Shown one piece after another: positions 1 through 13,570 of a stretch of DNA of 64,000 nucleotides; the stretch's first letter is position 1; every line of letters starts with the position of its first letter. The notes under the pieces were generated by a model. The model did not search any database. It was not told where the DNA came from and saw nothing but the letters and a program-made list of their open reading frames with translations. The DNA lies in NCBI RefSeq assembly GCF_009914755.1, contig NC_060938.1. One strand, given 5' to 3'. Origin of the DNA: the human T2T-CHM13v2.0 reference genome, Homo sapiens. The position numbers were made by a program, and so were the translations under genes.

Positions 1-185
1 TGAGTAGCTGCTACTACAGGTGTGTGCCACCATGCTTGGCTAATTTTTTTTTCTTTATTTTATTTTATTTTTTTTATAGTGACAGGGTCCCACTATATTG
101 CCTAGGCTGGTCTTGAACCTCTGGGCTCAAATGATCCTTCTGCCCTGGCCTTCCAAAGGGCTGGAATTACAGATGTGAGCCACCT
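1..185 (-). mobile_element. Alu, AluJ-like, cut by the window edge
   Basis: Reverse Alu motifs: tgagtagctg..actacagg, expanded T-rich linker, ggctggtcttgaac, gctggaattacagatgtgagccacc. High divergence. Confidence 0.9.
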
Positions 186-571
186 GAGCTGAAATCAAGT
201 CAGCAGGGACAAGTTTCCTTCCCATGCTATTAAACAAACAAACAAACAAACAAACTATTCCTTCCCTCTTTCAGCTTCTGGTGGCTGCTAACATTCCTTG
301 GCTTGTGCCCGCTGCCCCACCTCAATCCAACTTCTCTTCTGTAGTCACATGCCTTCTCTTCTTCTGTGGGTGTTCATCTTCCTCTGCCTCTTTCTTATAA
401 GGTTACTTGTGATTACAGTTAAGACCCATGCAGATAATCCAAGATTATCTCTCCATGTCAAGATCCTTAACTATCACATCTGCAAAGACCCCTTTTACTT
501 TTAAGGTAACATTTACAGGTTCTAGGGATTAAGACCTAGTATCTTCAGGTGGCCCATATTCACCCTACTAC
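186..571 (-). mobile_element. MaLR LTR (MLT1D/E-like) with internal (AAAC)n at about 232-255
   Basis: cagcttctggtggctgc..ccttggcttgt, gataatccaagattatctctcc, cacatctgcaaagacc, aaggtaacatttacaggttctagggattaaga are typical reverse MLT1 blocks. Confidence 0.8.
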
Positions 572-612
572 CTGGACATGGAGTAGGACTCAAAGAGTCA
601 TGGAAACACATA

Positions 613-990
613 TAAAAAGGATAAAACCTTAGACAAGTTAAGTTTAGCATAGTTTCATTAAGATAAAAAGTGATTCACAAATCGAGCAGCCCTCAGAACT
701 GGAGTTCCAAGAACTCTGGGGCTGCAACACAGTCAGACAACATTTATGAACAGAAAACAGAAGTGACATATAGAGACGGCTTACCTGGTCACAGCTCAGC
801 ATTTTCCCATATTTGAATCAGCTGGCTGCCTATGAGTGACTGTAAGGCTGGTACTCAGCTATTTCTTAGGAAAGTATTCCCCTAAATTAGGCTTTCAGTT
901 AGTTTACATACTAAAAACGGTTGTAGTTTGTTACATAAAGACTCAAATGTGGAGGCATGCTTGGGACAAAACTTAATTCAAATTAACACA
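613..990 (-). mobile_element. ERV1 solo LTR, MER57 family
   Basis: gattcacaaatcgagcagccctcagaa, cagaagtgacata, acagctcagcattttcccatatttgaa, gactcaaatgtggagg, ending ..aattaaca (TGTTA start on the minus strand). Resembles recalled MER57 consensus. Confidence 0.7.
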
Positions 991-3233
991 TGTAATTATA
1001 AAATTATTTCTTGGATGCAAGAAAGAAAAACAAATGGAGATTAAACAATCCCAAGACTTCACTATTCATTGATAGCCCTTGTATCTTACAGAAATACGTT
1101 TAGAGTAAAAGAATCTCCATCAACAAGGCTGCCAGTCAATTTATGCTGCTTCTTCAGATCAGTTCTCAATTCTGTGCTATTAGATTTTAATGGAGACAAT
1201 TGGATAGAAAAGAATATCAATAAATGAAGTTTTCTTGTGTTACAAGAAATAAAATACCTAATTTATTTTATCTTACATTTATAAAAACGTCTTTAATGTC
1301 ATGCACATTGAATATGTATAAATATAAATATATATAAAATAACAGGAAAATTTAAATCAAAACACAACTTGGGTTTCACCTCCTACAGTTCTTTCTAACA
1401 TATTTAATGCTATAATCTGCCCTGACCCTGGGTGTACACTATTACAGGACAATTACTTTCCTGATATAATTTACAAATATTAAAAAGCCCCTTTAATAAC
1501 AAAAAATAGGCCTCAAGATAGTAATTAGCATATCCAATTGCATGTATGTTTACATCTCGATGTTATGAATTGATTTAAAATTAACTCTTCTTTCTTCTTA
1601 TCTGGCCTCTTTAGCTTGGCACATCTGAAGTGGGAAAGGGATTGGGGCAGATTTGCTTTCTTGTGCTCCTCTTTCCCTAGCCAATAATCCTGAACTCACT
1701 TTAGTTGTTTTACTTTCAGCCAGGCTATGAGGGTATGCAGAGTACAAATAGGTGAGCAGGAGGACAGTACCTTTTTGGCTAGGTAGCCTAGAATGCTCCA
1801 CGTTTAATGGTTGGCGAAAGCTGGGGTTCCTAATGAGTCTGCATAGGATTATGCTAATTGTAATTCTTTAGTGATTCTTGCCTAAAACCTCTCCCCAGCA
1901 GCCTCCTTATGAGAATGCCTGCCTTTTTATTCTAATGCGTAACTTCTTTCTCCTTTGTCATTCACTGCATGTTTGGTGCAATACATCCATTCTCTTTGGC
2001 TAAGGTTGACTCACCCTAACAGAAATTCCCATTCAAAAGGGTTCACAGAAACCCCACAATGGGCAAAAGATCCACTGGAAACATTTACCAATCCAACAAA
2101 CTCTGGAAGCTCTCTGGTCTCTTTTCTAAGGCACTGGGCCCTGTGGCATTGTGTTTCCACCCCAGAATTCTTGAAGGAATGGGTTAAGGTGACACAATTC
2201 AGACCCACATCCACAATTCCACTGTAACTTTTTAAGATGTGGCTCAGGAATGAGTCCTTGTACTATACTGCAACAAATATACTTACATATTCTAAATATT
2301 TCCAAGCCCTGATCAGTAGGGTAACGGGCTTATAGAATTATTTAACAAAATCTCCCCTTGCCAAATTTTCATCTGTCTTATATTCTTGAGGGAGGTGCTA
2401 TAACTTAGGAGTGGTGTAACATTTTCTCTAAAAAGTTCTGTATGCAGATTGGTCTCACTATCATTTTGGTATCTAATTGTGTCTCACTGACATTTCAATA
2501 GACACTGAGGAAGAATAAGTCCCTTTTAATGTCCTGTGATAGAGATTTAAAATACAGGAAACTGGCATATTTTTGCATATAATGGGAATGTTTGGAAGTG
2601 CTATATTTTAATGGATTGTATAACGCAAATTGAAAAAAAAGACTTCTTCGGATCTTATATTTTACTTTTATAAAGAAAGAATATCATATTCAGATTAAAC
2701 AGACAGGCATCATCACATTACAGTTACTCCACAGAGAGGAAATTAAAGCCTCCGCATTTCAAGTAAAAGGCGCACTACAGCTTTTCAAACACCTAATTTC
2801 TCTCAGTGGTGTGGGAGATATAATGACAGGTAGCACTTCCGTGACTTAAGTGACTCATATATCATCTGCTTTTAAACAGCATAAACTGCTTTGCAGTTTT
2901 TAATTTTCCAATCGTCACAGAAGTGTAAGAACAGAAGAATCATGTACATAAAATCATCATACTTTTCAGTTTTTACTTTATATCTTCCAAAGCAATGACA
3001 GTTTATGACTTTAATATTATAGGGCTACATTTAATAGTTTTTATATTCTTTATAATTATTCTCTGGTTAGGTAAAAATATCTAAAAATATTTAAGTTTTT
3101 TGTATGGTAATTTATACCATTTGACCATATAAAATAAATAGAACGTGATTTGCTTACTTAAAAAAAAGAAGAAAGAAAGAAAATAAATGTGTAAGAAAAA
3201 ATAGTACCAGCTAATAAAAATTAGTGACTTTAT

Positions 3234-4308
3234 GATTTGATGATGAAATTGCCAAAGCAATTGCAACTAAAGCAAAAATTGACAAATGGGCTGTAATTGA
3301 ACTAAAGAGCTTCTGCACAGCAAAAGAAACTGTAATCAGAGTGAACAGACAACCTACAGAGTGGGAGATAATTTTAGCAATCTATCCATCTGATAAAGGT
3401 CTAATATCCAGAATCTACAAGGAACTCAAACAAATTTACAAGAAAAAAAACATTAAAAAGTGGGCAAAAGTCATGAACCGACACTCCTCAAAAGAAGACA
3501 TTCATGCAGCCAACAAATATATGAAAAAAAGCTCAACATCACTGATCATTAAAGAAATGCAAATCAAAACCACAATGAGATACCATCTCACACCAGTCAG
3601 AATGGTGATTATTAGAAAGTCAAGAAACAACAGATGCTGGCGAGGTTGCAGAGAAACAGGAACGCTTTTACAATGTTGGTGGTAATATAAATTACCTCAA
3701 CCATTGTGGGAGACGGTGTGGCAATTTCTGGTATTTATAGAACCAGAAATACCATTTAACCCAGCAATTCCATTACTGGGTATATGCTCAAAGAAATATA
3801 AATCATTCTATTACCAAGATACATGCATACATATGTTCACTGCAGCACTAGTCACAATAGCAAAGACATGGAATCAACCCAAATGCCCATCAAGGATAGA
3901 CTGGATAAAGCAAATGTGGTACATATACACCTTGGAATACTATGTAGCCATAAAAAGAAATGAGATCATGCCTTTTGCAGAGACATGGGTGAAGCTGGAA
4001 GCCACTATCCTCAGCAAACTAATGCAGCAACAGAAAACCAAATACTGCATGTTCTCACTTATAAGTGGGAGCTGAACAAGGAGAACACATGGACACAGGG
4101 AGGGGAACAACACACACTGGGGCCTGTCGGGGGGTTGGATGGAAGGAGGAAGAGCATTAGGAAAAATAGCTAATGCCTGCTGGGCTTAATACCTAAGTGA
4201 TTTGTTGATAGGTGCAGCAAACCATCACAGCACACTTTTACCTATGTAACAAACCTGCACATCCTGCATATGTATCCCAGAACTAAAAATAAAAATTAAA
4301 AGAAAAAA
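3234..4308 (+). mobile_element. 5'-truncated L1PA (about L1PA11-13): ORF2 C-terminus, 3'UTR and A tail, with TSD
   Basis: ORFs 3341-4075 give L1 ORF2 C-terminal peptides ([42 protein letters not shown]). TSD tagtgactttat at 3222-3233 and 4309-4320. Confidence 0.95.
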
Positions 4309-4765
4309 TAGTGACTTTATTATTTTTAACATTCATGTTACTTCCGATACAGGAGAATCTCTAATATTGTAGACTTAAAAAAATGTAATTTGTCTATGAT
4401 ACCATCAGATACAATCTAAAAATATAAGATAATGTCTCTAATACAAATAGCCAATTTTAATAATTGAATGACAGTGACAATACATTTGCATAGTATATTT
4501 TTCTCATTCTACAGATTTTACTGTCATTAAATTTAAAGGTCTTGATTTTTATAGTAATTTAATTTCTATGACAACTAACCACTTTTTTCTAATTTTTGTT
4601 TTGGGAATGAAGTAATTATGATTAATTTCTTCATTTTGGATGTTCAAATATTTTATATTTTCTGCTGCAAATTCTTTTCTCAATTTTTAAAATTCAATAC
4701 AAATACGAATATATAAAAATGTATCAAATACTGCACACTAATTCTGGTATGGGGACATTAATATA

Positions 4766-4851
4766 TACTAGGTTGTACCACATAAAGTGCCATTTTTGTA
4801 GGTTAAATAAAGTAATAAAATATTAGTAATGTCAAATGGTTCAATCTAATA
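4766..4851. mobile_element. MADE2-like mariner MITE
   Basis: About 85 bp with terminal inverted repeats tactaggttgtacca / tggttcaatctaata, core tgccatttttgtagg and TA ends. Confidence 0.8.
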
Positions 4852-4974
4852 TAAAACAGTATAATGTTTGCCTCTATTCAATTTTATTTAATTATTATTT
4901 ACTATGCATTTTCTTTCTAGAAAGCATTGTACTACAAATTGTGGAGTAAAACTAAGTTTCTAATTCAAATAGTA

Positions 4975-5340
4975 CAAGGTAACAGATAAATGACTAACAA
5001 TTCAAGGCAGAATGAAGTGCTGCAGAGATGCATAATTAACAAGGTGTGAAATACCCAAATAAAGGGAAGTCTTTAATTGTGGCTGCAAGGAGACTGAACA
5101 ATTAAGAATGGTTATCAAGTGAAATAACATTTGAAAGTAGAAAGGAATGAAAAGTATTTCCAAAGGTGAAAATGAGAGAAGTGAATTTTAGACTGAGTAG
5201 ATAACATAAGCAAAGGAGTTTTGAAAGTGTTTGGACAATAAAAAGGCGGGAGGTCAGAAAGTAATTAGGGACCACACTAGAATAGGATTCTAAATAAAAA
5301 GGAAAGAGAATAATGCAAAGTCTTTCAAAGAGAAATATGG
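4975..5340 (-). mobile_element. L2 fragment, very diverged
   Basis: Purine-rich L2-like blocks (acaattcaaggcagaatgaagtgctg, gaaataacatttgaaag, aacataagcaaagg). Confidence 0.4.
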
Positions 5341-6013
5341 TAATAATTAGGACTCTAGACAAGTATTCTGTCTTTTTCTTTAGATTCATAAAATTTTGAA
5401 GTTAGTGGTGACCATGTGAGCTGCTTAGAGCAACAGCTGGCAAGTGAAAAAGGATAACTGACGCTTTCCGATAGAGATTTTAAGAATATGAGTGCAATTT
5501 TCAATGAATATATTTCTATATCATGGTGAATACATAAAGCATTTGCTGAGATGCAGCCTCACTCAGCAAAAGACAGTTTTGGCACACAAACCAATGGATT
5601 ATACTATTACTGTGTCATGAACTACCTTATCCTGACAGATAAAGGAAATGACATACTATATGTCAATTGATTTTAGGAAGATATTTTTGATAACTAAGGA
5701 TTTAATTGAAGATTCAAAGAAATATTTATTAGCCTAGTCCATTTTTAATTACACAAGGGAAAAAATAAAAATTCCTAATATGATATTTATTAAATAAATT
5801 ATGAATATGTATATCTTAATATTTAGCCACCAAAGTGATTTTTACTTTGACCTTACAGATATAGATATGCATTGACTATATGAACTTGTACACATCATAT
5901 ATGACTATTCTGATTAAATATGCTTCAAGGTTCTGGCAATCTGTATGTTTGGATAAAGGGAAAGCTAATGAAGGGGTGAGAACGAAGTTTGTTAAATTGC
6001 TATAGTAGGTCTT

Positions 6014-6377
6014 GTTGAGGACTGAATATTTGTGTCCCTCCAAAACACATGTTGAAATTCTAACTTCCAATATGATGTTATTAGAAGGTGGAACTTTTGG
6101 GAGGTAATTAAGTCATGAGAGTGGAGCCCTGATTAATGAGATTAATGCTCTTATAAAAGATCCTCTGGAAAGCTTTGTCATCCCTTCTACTGTGTAAGGA
6201 CAGAACAAGAAGATAACCATTTATGAACCAGCAAGCAGGCCCTCACCAGACACTGAGTCTGCCAGCAACTTACTGTTGGAATTCCCAGCCCATAGAACTG
6301 TGAGAAATAAAATTGCTGTTGTTTGTGAACCACTTAGTCTATGGTATTCTGTCACAGCAGTCCATAGAGACTAAGGC
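6014..6377 (+). mobile_element. MaLR solo LTR (MLT1A-like)
   Basis: gactgaatatttgtgtccctccaaaa, tttgggaggtaattaagtcatgagagtggagccc, gccctcaccagacactgagtctgcc, agaactgtgagaaataaa, gactaagg. Confidence 0.9.
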
Positions 6378-6959
6378 CGTTCTTTTCATTTTTCTTCTCA
6401 TAGGTCATGATATTTCAGAGTAAAAATTAATCATAGTTCCTTTGAGTCTGATTGATTATATCATTTGTGATGAATATTTCTTGTCACCATTAAACCCTTC
6501 CCTCATTGTGTTTCTTAACTGAACATTTATCCAGGAATTTATAACTACCTCGTTAACACATAATCAAATCATTAATCTACTTTGTCTTCCCTTGCACCTA
6601 GTAAATTTCACAGTTTTAAGTAGCCTCAACCTTAAAGGATTTTTTCTCCTCTTCCAACTCCTGATGCACTGAGAGGAAAGGGTGGATTCAGTTTTAGTAT
6701 CCTCTGGCTATCCTGGGGTGTTGACAAGATAAACTTTGATACTGTGAACAAAATTTAGACAAGATATTGTACTGAGGAAATCACTCAGGCCTGTGGCTGG
6801 TTTTAAAGAATGAATCTAAAAATTATTCATATCTCTTTACCTCAATATTTGATTGATTTTCTTTCTGAAAAGATTTGGTGTAAATGAGAAATATAAACTC
6901 ATCTCTTGTCACAATGTGAGTTTATATCTCAAAACTGATAATACTTACTTTCCTATTCT

Positions 6960-7565
6960 AAAAAATTATTTTTCTTCCTCTGAATTCTTGTATGAATAAA
7001 CATGTTTGATATCCTAAGTCAAAATGAAGATACTGAGAAAGATTAGTAGAAATGATTACACTACACTGGTGGATTTTTCTACTTCTGCTTTTAGTGGCAT
7101 ATAATTCCATTTCATCTTTTATGTCTTCATAGAGTTATAGTTAATGCAATTATTGAAACATATGTATCTCAATACACCATTTAGTATTACTATTGTTCCT
7201 GTTTGTGTTATTTAGAAAAAAATATTGCTCTCCTTTTGAATTGAGGTTTTTGTTTGTTTGTCTATATGTTAGTTTAATTTTAACATTACCTTTCTAGTGA
7301 CATATTTATACTCTTTACTATTATTATAATTGTTATATTAGATATTACACTATGCACACAACTCATTAAAATCTAATATAAATTTTTATTTTTATATTTT
7401 CCTAAACAACTCTAGGGCATTAGAATCTTTTAACTTACTTTAATCCTTTCCCTAAATTATGTGCCATTTTTGCTATATATTCGAATTCTCCATATATTTT
7501 AATACCCAAGCCAATACTGATATTTTTCTAAGTCATTTGTATGTATAACTTATCTGTACATTTAT
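6960..7565 (-). mobile_element. Ancient L1M fragment
   Basis: Degenerate antisense L1-like sequence (ggtggattttttctacttctgctttt..., T-rich). Confidence 0.4.
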
Positions 7566-7571
7566 CAAATG

Positions 7572-9496
7572 TTTTTTTTTAAGTACACTGGATATTGGTC
7601 CCCAGTCTTTTCTGGCTTGTAGGGTTTCTGCTGAGACATTTACTGTTAGGATGATGAGCTTCCCTTTGTACATGACCTGACCTTTTTCTTAAACTAATAA
7701 ACAACTTCAGTGAAGTCTCAGGATGCAAAACTGATGTACAAAAGTCACTGGAATTCCTACACAGCAACTACAGTCAAGCCAAGAGCCAAATAAGAAGTGC
7801 AGTCTCATTCACAATTGCCACAAAAAGAATAAAATACTTAGGAATACAGCAAACTAAGGAGTGAACAATCTCTGCATTGTGAACTACACAACTCTAATCA
7901 AAAATCAGAGATGACATAAATAGATGGAAAAATATTTCATGCTCATGGATAGGAATGATTAATATTGTTAAAATGGCCATACTGCCCAAAGCAATTTATA
8001 AATTCAATGCCATTCCTATCCAGCTACCAATGATATTCTTCACAGAACTAGAAGAAACTACTCTAAAATGCATATGGGGTCAAAAGGCAGCTCAAATAGC
8101 CAAGGTAATCCTAAGCAAAAAAAGCAAAGCTGGAGGCATTATGCTACCTGACTTCAAACTATACTACAAGGCTACAGTAACCAAAATAGCATGGTACTGG
8201 TGCAAAAACAGACACCTAGACAAATGGAATAGATTAGAGGACCCATAAATAAGGGCACAGATCCAAAATCATCTGATCTTTGGCAAACCTGATAAAAACA
8301 AGCAATGGGGAAAGGACTCTCGATTAAATTAATGATGCTGGGATAACTGACTAGCCATATGCAAAAGATTGAAGTTGGACCCCTTCCTTACACCATATAT
8401 AAAAATCAACTCGAGATGGATTGAAGTCTTAAATGTAAACCCAAAACTATAAAAACCCTGGAAGACAATCTAGGAAATACCATTCTGGACATAAGAATGG
8501 CCAAAGAGTTCATGATAAAGAAGCCAAAAACAATTGCAACAAAAGCAAAAATTAACAAATGGAATCTAGTTAAACTAAAGAGCTTCTGCACAGCAAAAGT
8601 AACTATCAACAATAACGAGACAACCTATAGAATGAAAAAAAATTGCAAACTTTGTATTCAACAAAGGTCTAATGTCCAGCATTTATAAAGAACTAAAATT
8701 TACAGGAAAAAAATAAACAACTACATAAAAATGTGGGCAAGAGACATAAACACTTTTCAAAAGGAAACACACATGTGGCCAACACACATATGAATAGGAG
8801 CTCAATATCACTTATTATTAGAGAAATGCGAATCAAAACCTCAAGATACCATCTTGCACCAGCCAGAATAGCTATCATTAAAAAGTCAAAATACAACAGA
8901 TGCTGGTGAAGTTGTGGAGAAAATGGAAGGCTTATATACTGTTGGTGGGAATGTAAATTAATTCAACCATTGTGGAAGACAATGTGGCAATTCCTCAAAG
9001 ACCTAAAGACAGAAATACCATTCGACCTAGCAATCCCATTACTGGATATATATCCAAAGGAATATAAATCATTCTGTTATAAAGACACATGCATGTGTAT
9101 GTTTATTGCAGCACTGTTCACAATAGCGAAGACATGGAATCAACCTAAATACCCATCAATGATAGACTGGATAAAGAAAATATGGTACATATACAGCATA
9201 GAATACTATGCAGCCATAAAAAGATTGAGATTATATCTTTTGTAGGAACATGGATGAAGCAGGAACAGAAAACCAAATACCACATATTCTCATTTATAAG
9301 TGGGAGCTAAATGATGAGAACACATAGACGCATAGAACAAGAGACACTGGGGCCTTCCTGAGCATGGAAGGTGGAAGGAGGGAGAGGATCAGGAAAAATA
9401 ACTAATGGGTAGTAGGCTTAATACCTGGGTGATGAAATAATCTATACAGTGAGACCCCATGACATGAGTTTACCTATATAACAAACCTGCACATGT
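7572..9496 (+). mobile_element. L1PA (about L1PA13-15) with short inverted ORF1 piece (7572-7688, minus), then ORF2 3' part and 3'UTR; no A tail
   Basis: ORF2 peptides [36 protein letters not shown]. 3'UTR aggatcaggaaaaataactaatggg..aaacctgcacatgt. 7581-7688 is the reverse complement of ORF1 sequence seen at about 21180-21285. Confidence 0.95.
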
Positions 9497-12409
9497 CTGT
9501 TACAAAATCTTAGTGATGGAATAAGGGTTAACCTTTTTTGAAACAAGTTATTAAATAGTAACAACAAATCATCTAACCATCTTTTTACTTATTTGTAAGT
9601 AATTTCACTGAAGGCAACTTATTTTTAATAACCTCACTAACAGCCTCTGTCTACAAATCCCCTGAAACTTTACAGTTGTCAATTATCAACAGTCATCTTA
9701 CATATGTTCCTATAAACTCTATATATTTCTAAAACTTTCATTCTTCAATTGTTATTTTTACCAATAGCCTAATGATAAAATATTCTGTCACATATCTTGA
9801 AAGCTGCAAGAGCTTTAAAACTGCCATATCAGTAATGTTACAAGATGGGGGTAATAGTATTTTCCCTGACAATCTGCCAATTATGGTTTTGGAGAAGAAT
9901 GAACAACATATAGCATGGAAGTATTCATTAAGTTTCTTTGAAGTCATGGAAATAGTTTGATAAATAATTCAGGACAAAATACAAATTAGAAAACAAACAA
10001 AAAAAGAGCAAGCTCTTAAAGTCATCTATCACATCATTGTGAAAATTTACAGAGCTGGCACAAGAGGCAAAAGAGGAGGAGAAATCTTAAGAGATAATAA
10101 TCATATTTCATTTTTACTTTTGATCTAAGTCTATAACTGATATTTTTATCTATCTGAATTAATAATTTATTTCTTGATGAACATCTTAGCATAGACTATT
10201 CTATTTTTCCAGTTGTAGTATGAACTATTTCCATGAATCCTAAATTTCAGTTATTTGCTTTATGTATAATATGACTTAACATGTGTACCACTTTATAGCT
10301 TTCAAAGATATATTATCCTATATAACAATCTTAATATCACTGGAAATTTATTAAAATATTTTGCTATATAAATGAAAACATATGTTATACCTTCTGATAC
10401 CAATATGATTTAGAAATAAATGGAGAATAACAATATTCATGGAACTCAGCATAAAAAGAGAGAAAAGGGAACTTTTCAGGAACAATCACATTAGTCTATA
10501 TTATGTTTTCAGAATAATATACAGTCACACAGTCACAAACTTTGATTACTTTGCAGATAATAGAAATCTGATTTATTCATGTTTTTGTATTCACAAAATA
10601 AATGTATAAATATATCTTGAAGACAGATGAGAATTAAATAAGTTTTCTTAGATATATAATAAAGATAACTTATAAAATATCAGTGAACATAAGCCAAGCA
10701 GTAAATCTAATGAAAATATTTGTTCAACACGTTGTACCCCTTCTTGAGATGTAAAATATGAACTCCATTTTTACCTTTTATGCCAAGTTAGAAACGTAAA
10801 TTTTTGTATTGTATGGGTGGAAAATAACAAACATTTTTATTTGAGACAGAATAATTTTGTATTCCTTTCACACAATATTCCTACTGTTGAAATTTTTAAA
10901 TAAGTATATTATAATGAAGACCATTGGCTCCTCATTACTAATTTATTCAGAATGTCTTGTGAAAATTTCACTGAAGGAAACTAATCAGTAACAATATATT
11001 TTGTTTCTGTATTAAAAAATCTGTAATTGGTATTTTTTACTGCTTCGAGAAATCTGTCATACAGAAATATTAATACATTTAAACACTAAACAGCATTTTT
11101 TAGGCTCTCTAAAGGAACATTTTCCTTAAACCTTTTCTCATTATTTGAAGACTTTAATTAAGACTTCAATAAGTAAGAACAACGATAGCTCAGATTATTA
11201 AATGTAGATAAATGATAACAGAACATTTGGGTAAAATTCTAATTTCTTAAAAATGACATTAGAATTCATGTTACCAGGGATGAAAGACAACTATAATAAA
11301 TTATTCACTGAAGACTGGAATTTGACATATTTATCTGCTAAATCTGTGTTAACGATAAGACAGAAAAAGAAACAGATATGCAAAATGAATTCTGTATCCA
11401 AATGAATGTAATGCAAAGACACAGTTTTAAATCAGATTAGAAACTATAATATTTTAACAGTTACCTCAGTTATTATGCAATCATAAAACTGTAAAGACAT
11501 ATAGGTCTATTTCAGCATGATTCATTATTTGAATGACTACTTACTTAAAAAGAAAAAACTTTCTGTTGAAGTTATTAATCATAATTTCCACACAAATCAC
11601 TGAAGCTCTCCTTTAAAATTTGAAAAGAGCATAGAGAACAAAATAGGAGGAGTGATCTAATGAAAATAATAATGACATTTAGTTTTCAGTTTATCTGTAA
11701 GATGATAATTGATTTTTTGTGCTTACTCATTTAAAATAATAATTGCTTATTTCCTGATAATCATCTGAGCAGACTATGCTCCTTCTGAATCCCTCAATGT
11801 AAAAACATTTTTCTCTCAATATGTTTTTATGAAAAACAACATTAGAACATTAAAGAATGTGTTGCTATTAAAACTGAAATAGCAAATATTTTATTTTTCT
11901 TTCTTGTATTTACATATATAAATCTTGTATCACTATAATCATAGTCAACTTACCGTAATGAAACACTGCAATCCCAATTGCCATGTACAACCATGGTTTC
12001 TTGGTTCAGATATTAAGTCATTAGAAAAACTTAAGTAGTTTCTTCATATTTTAAAAAATGGATCCCCAGCATCATCACCAATTATCACATTTATGATAAT
12101 AATTTTCAACTATTCTCTTACTATTTAGCATCTTTCACCACTATGGCATATACTGTGCTAAATTTGACTATTACATCTTTGTATATTAATTCTTTTTATT
12201 GCCTCATTTTATAATTAGCGATTTAAATTGAATTGTGATGTTTTTGCAAATTATATTTTTAAGCATAACTTGAATAAATTGTTACACTTGTGCTTTTCAA
12301 CCATATTTGTGTAATGCAAACCAATATTTTTAAAATTTCCTATGATTAGAGCAAATTCCACAAACAGTGAACTGAAAGTGCTTGACAGTCAGTATTGCTA
12401 TTTACTAAA

Positions 12410-12793
12410 TAGTTCTAGGTCTTTATGTTCCAGAAAAATGGTAGGATAGCAGTTAATTCTTTTCTTGAAAGTAGTCATGACCACAAACCTTGCTTTTGAA
12501 AATGAAACATGAGCTAATGTGACTAGTCAGGCATTAAGTTGTATGGGTTACATGTGGGAGGTTTAAGAGCAAATATGTGAGTTACATCCCTGCTTCCTCT
12601 GCTACAGTGATCTTGGAGGTGTGTGTTGATGTGAAGCTGCTATAAGGCTCAGTTAATGAGAAGAGCTATCCTGTCAACCTACTATGTCCACAGTGGACTT
12701 AGAGCATCAGTGATATATAAAACTCAATTATAACCAGCTGGCAATTTCTGATTGTTTGATATCTCACCAAAACATAGTATAAATCACTGATAC
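12410..12793 (+). mobile_element. Old MaLR LTR (MLT1I/J-like)
   Basis: ttgcttttgaaaatgaaacatgagc, gtttaagagc, cagtgatcttggagg, cagtggacttagagcatcagtga, 3' ..ctgataca. Confidence 0.6.
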
Positions 12794-12904
12794 ACACAGA
12801 GAGAAATTACACTGTTTTATGTAATGAATGATACAAAAAACCAGAAAAAAATATACAAATGATTTTAATGGTTATTGGTATTTTATATTTATTTTTAGCA
12901 ATAT

Positions 12905-13305
12905 TTTCTTAATTAACAAAAATGGTACATTTTTGTCATCTACAACATGTTTTAAAATATGTATTCATTGTGGCATGGCTAAATTGAGCTAATTCACATA
13001 TGCATTACCCCACATTCTTACCATTTTTGAGGTAAGAATACTTAAAATCTACTCTCTAAGTCATTTTTGAGACTACAGTACATTATTAACTATAGTTACC
13101 ATGTTTTACAATAGATCTCTTGAACTTATTTCTTCTATGTAACTGAAATTTTGTACCTTTTGATGAACATCTCCCCTATCCTCCTCCTCAGTCCCTGATA
13201 ATCACCATCTACTCTCCACTTCTATAAAATCAACTTTTTTAGATTCCACATATAAGTGAGGTCATGTGGCAGTTGCCTTTTCATGCCCAGATTATTTCAT
13301 TAACG
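12905..13305 (-). mobile_element. L1MA (about MA5-7) 3' end
   Basis: ggctaaattgagctaatt, cttaaaatctactctc, aatagatctcttgaacttatt, ttttagattccacatataagtgag. Confidence 0.88.
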
Positions 13306-13399
13306 TAAGTATTACAATATTTCTAATCATTATAAAAAATAGGAACAACATTGGAAATTAAAACACTCTGCCATTGTGAACTTATCCTAGGATGTGCAA

Positions 13400-13570
13400 A
13401 TCATTTATTTAAAAAATATCTGATTTGTGCCTACATACGTTCATCAGTGGGGACAAAATACTGAAGTGAACAGACATGACCCTGTCTCTTGGAGTTATAT
13501 TCTATGGGGGAAAACAAATAAAACAAATTAGGGGACTAGTTAATAAAATAATTTCTAGCTGAAGCACTAC
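13400..13570 (-). mobile_element. L2 3' end fragment
   Basis: tcatttatttaaaaaatatctga..gtgcctac..gtgaacagacatgaccctgtctcttggagttatattcta. Confidence 0.6.

Noticed and set aside
1598-2227. Three 67-90 aa ORFs in unique sequence
   Set aside because: Non-ATG starts, overlapping on both strands, no recognisable domain or exon structure.
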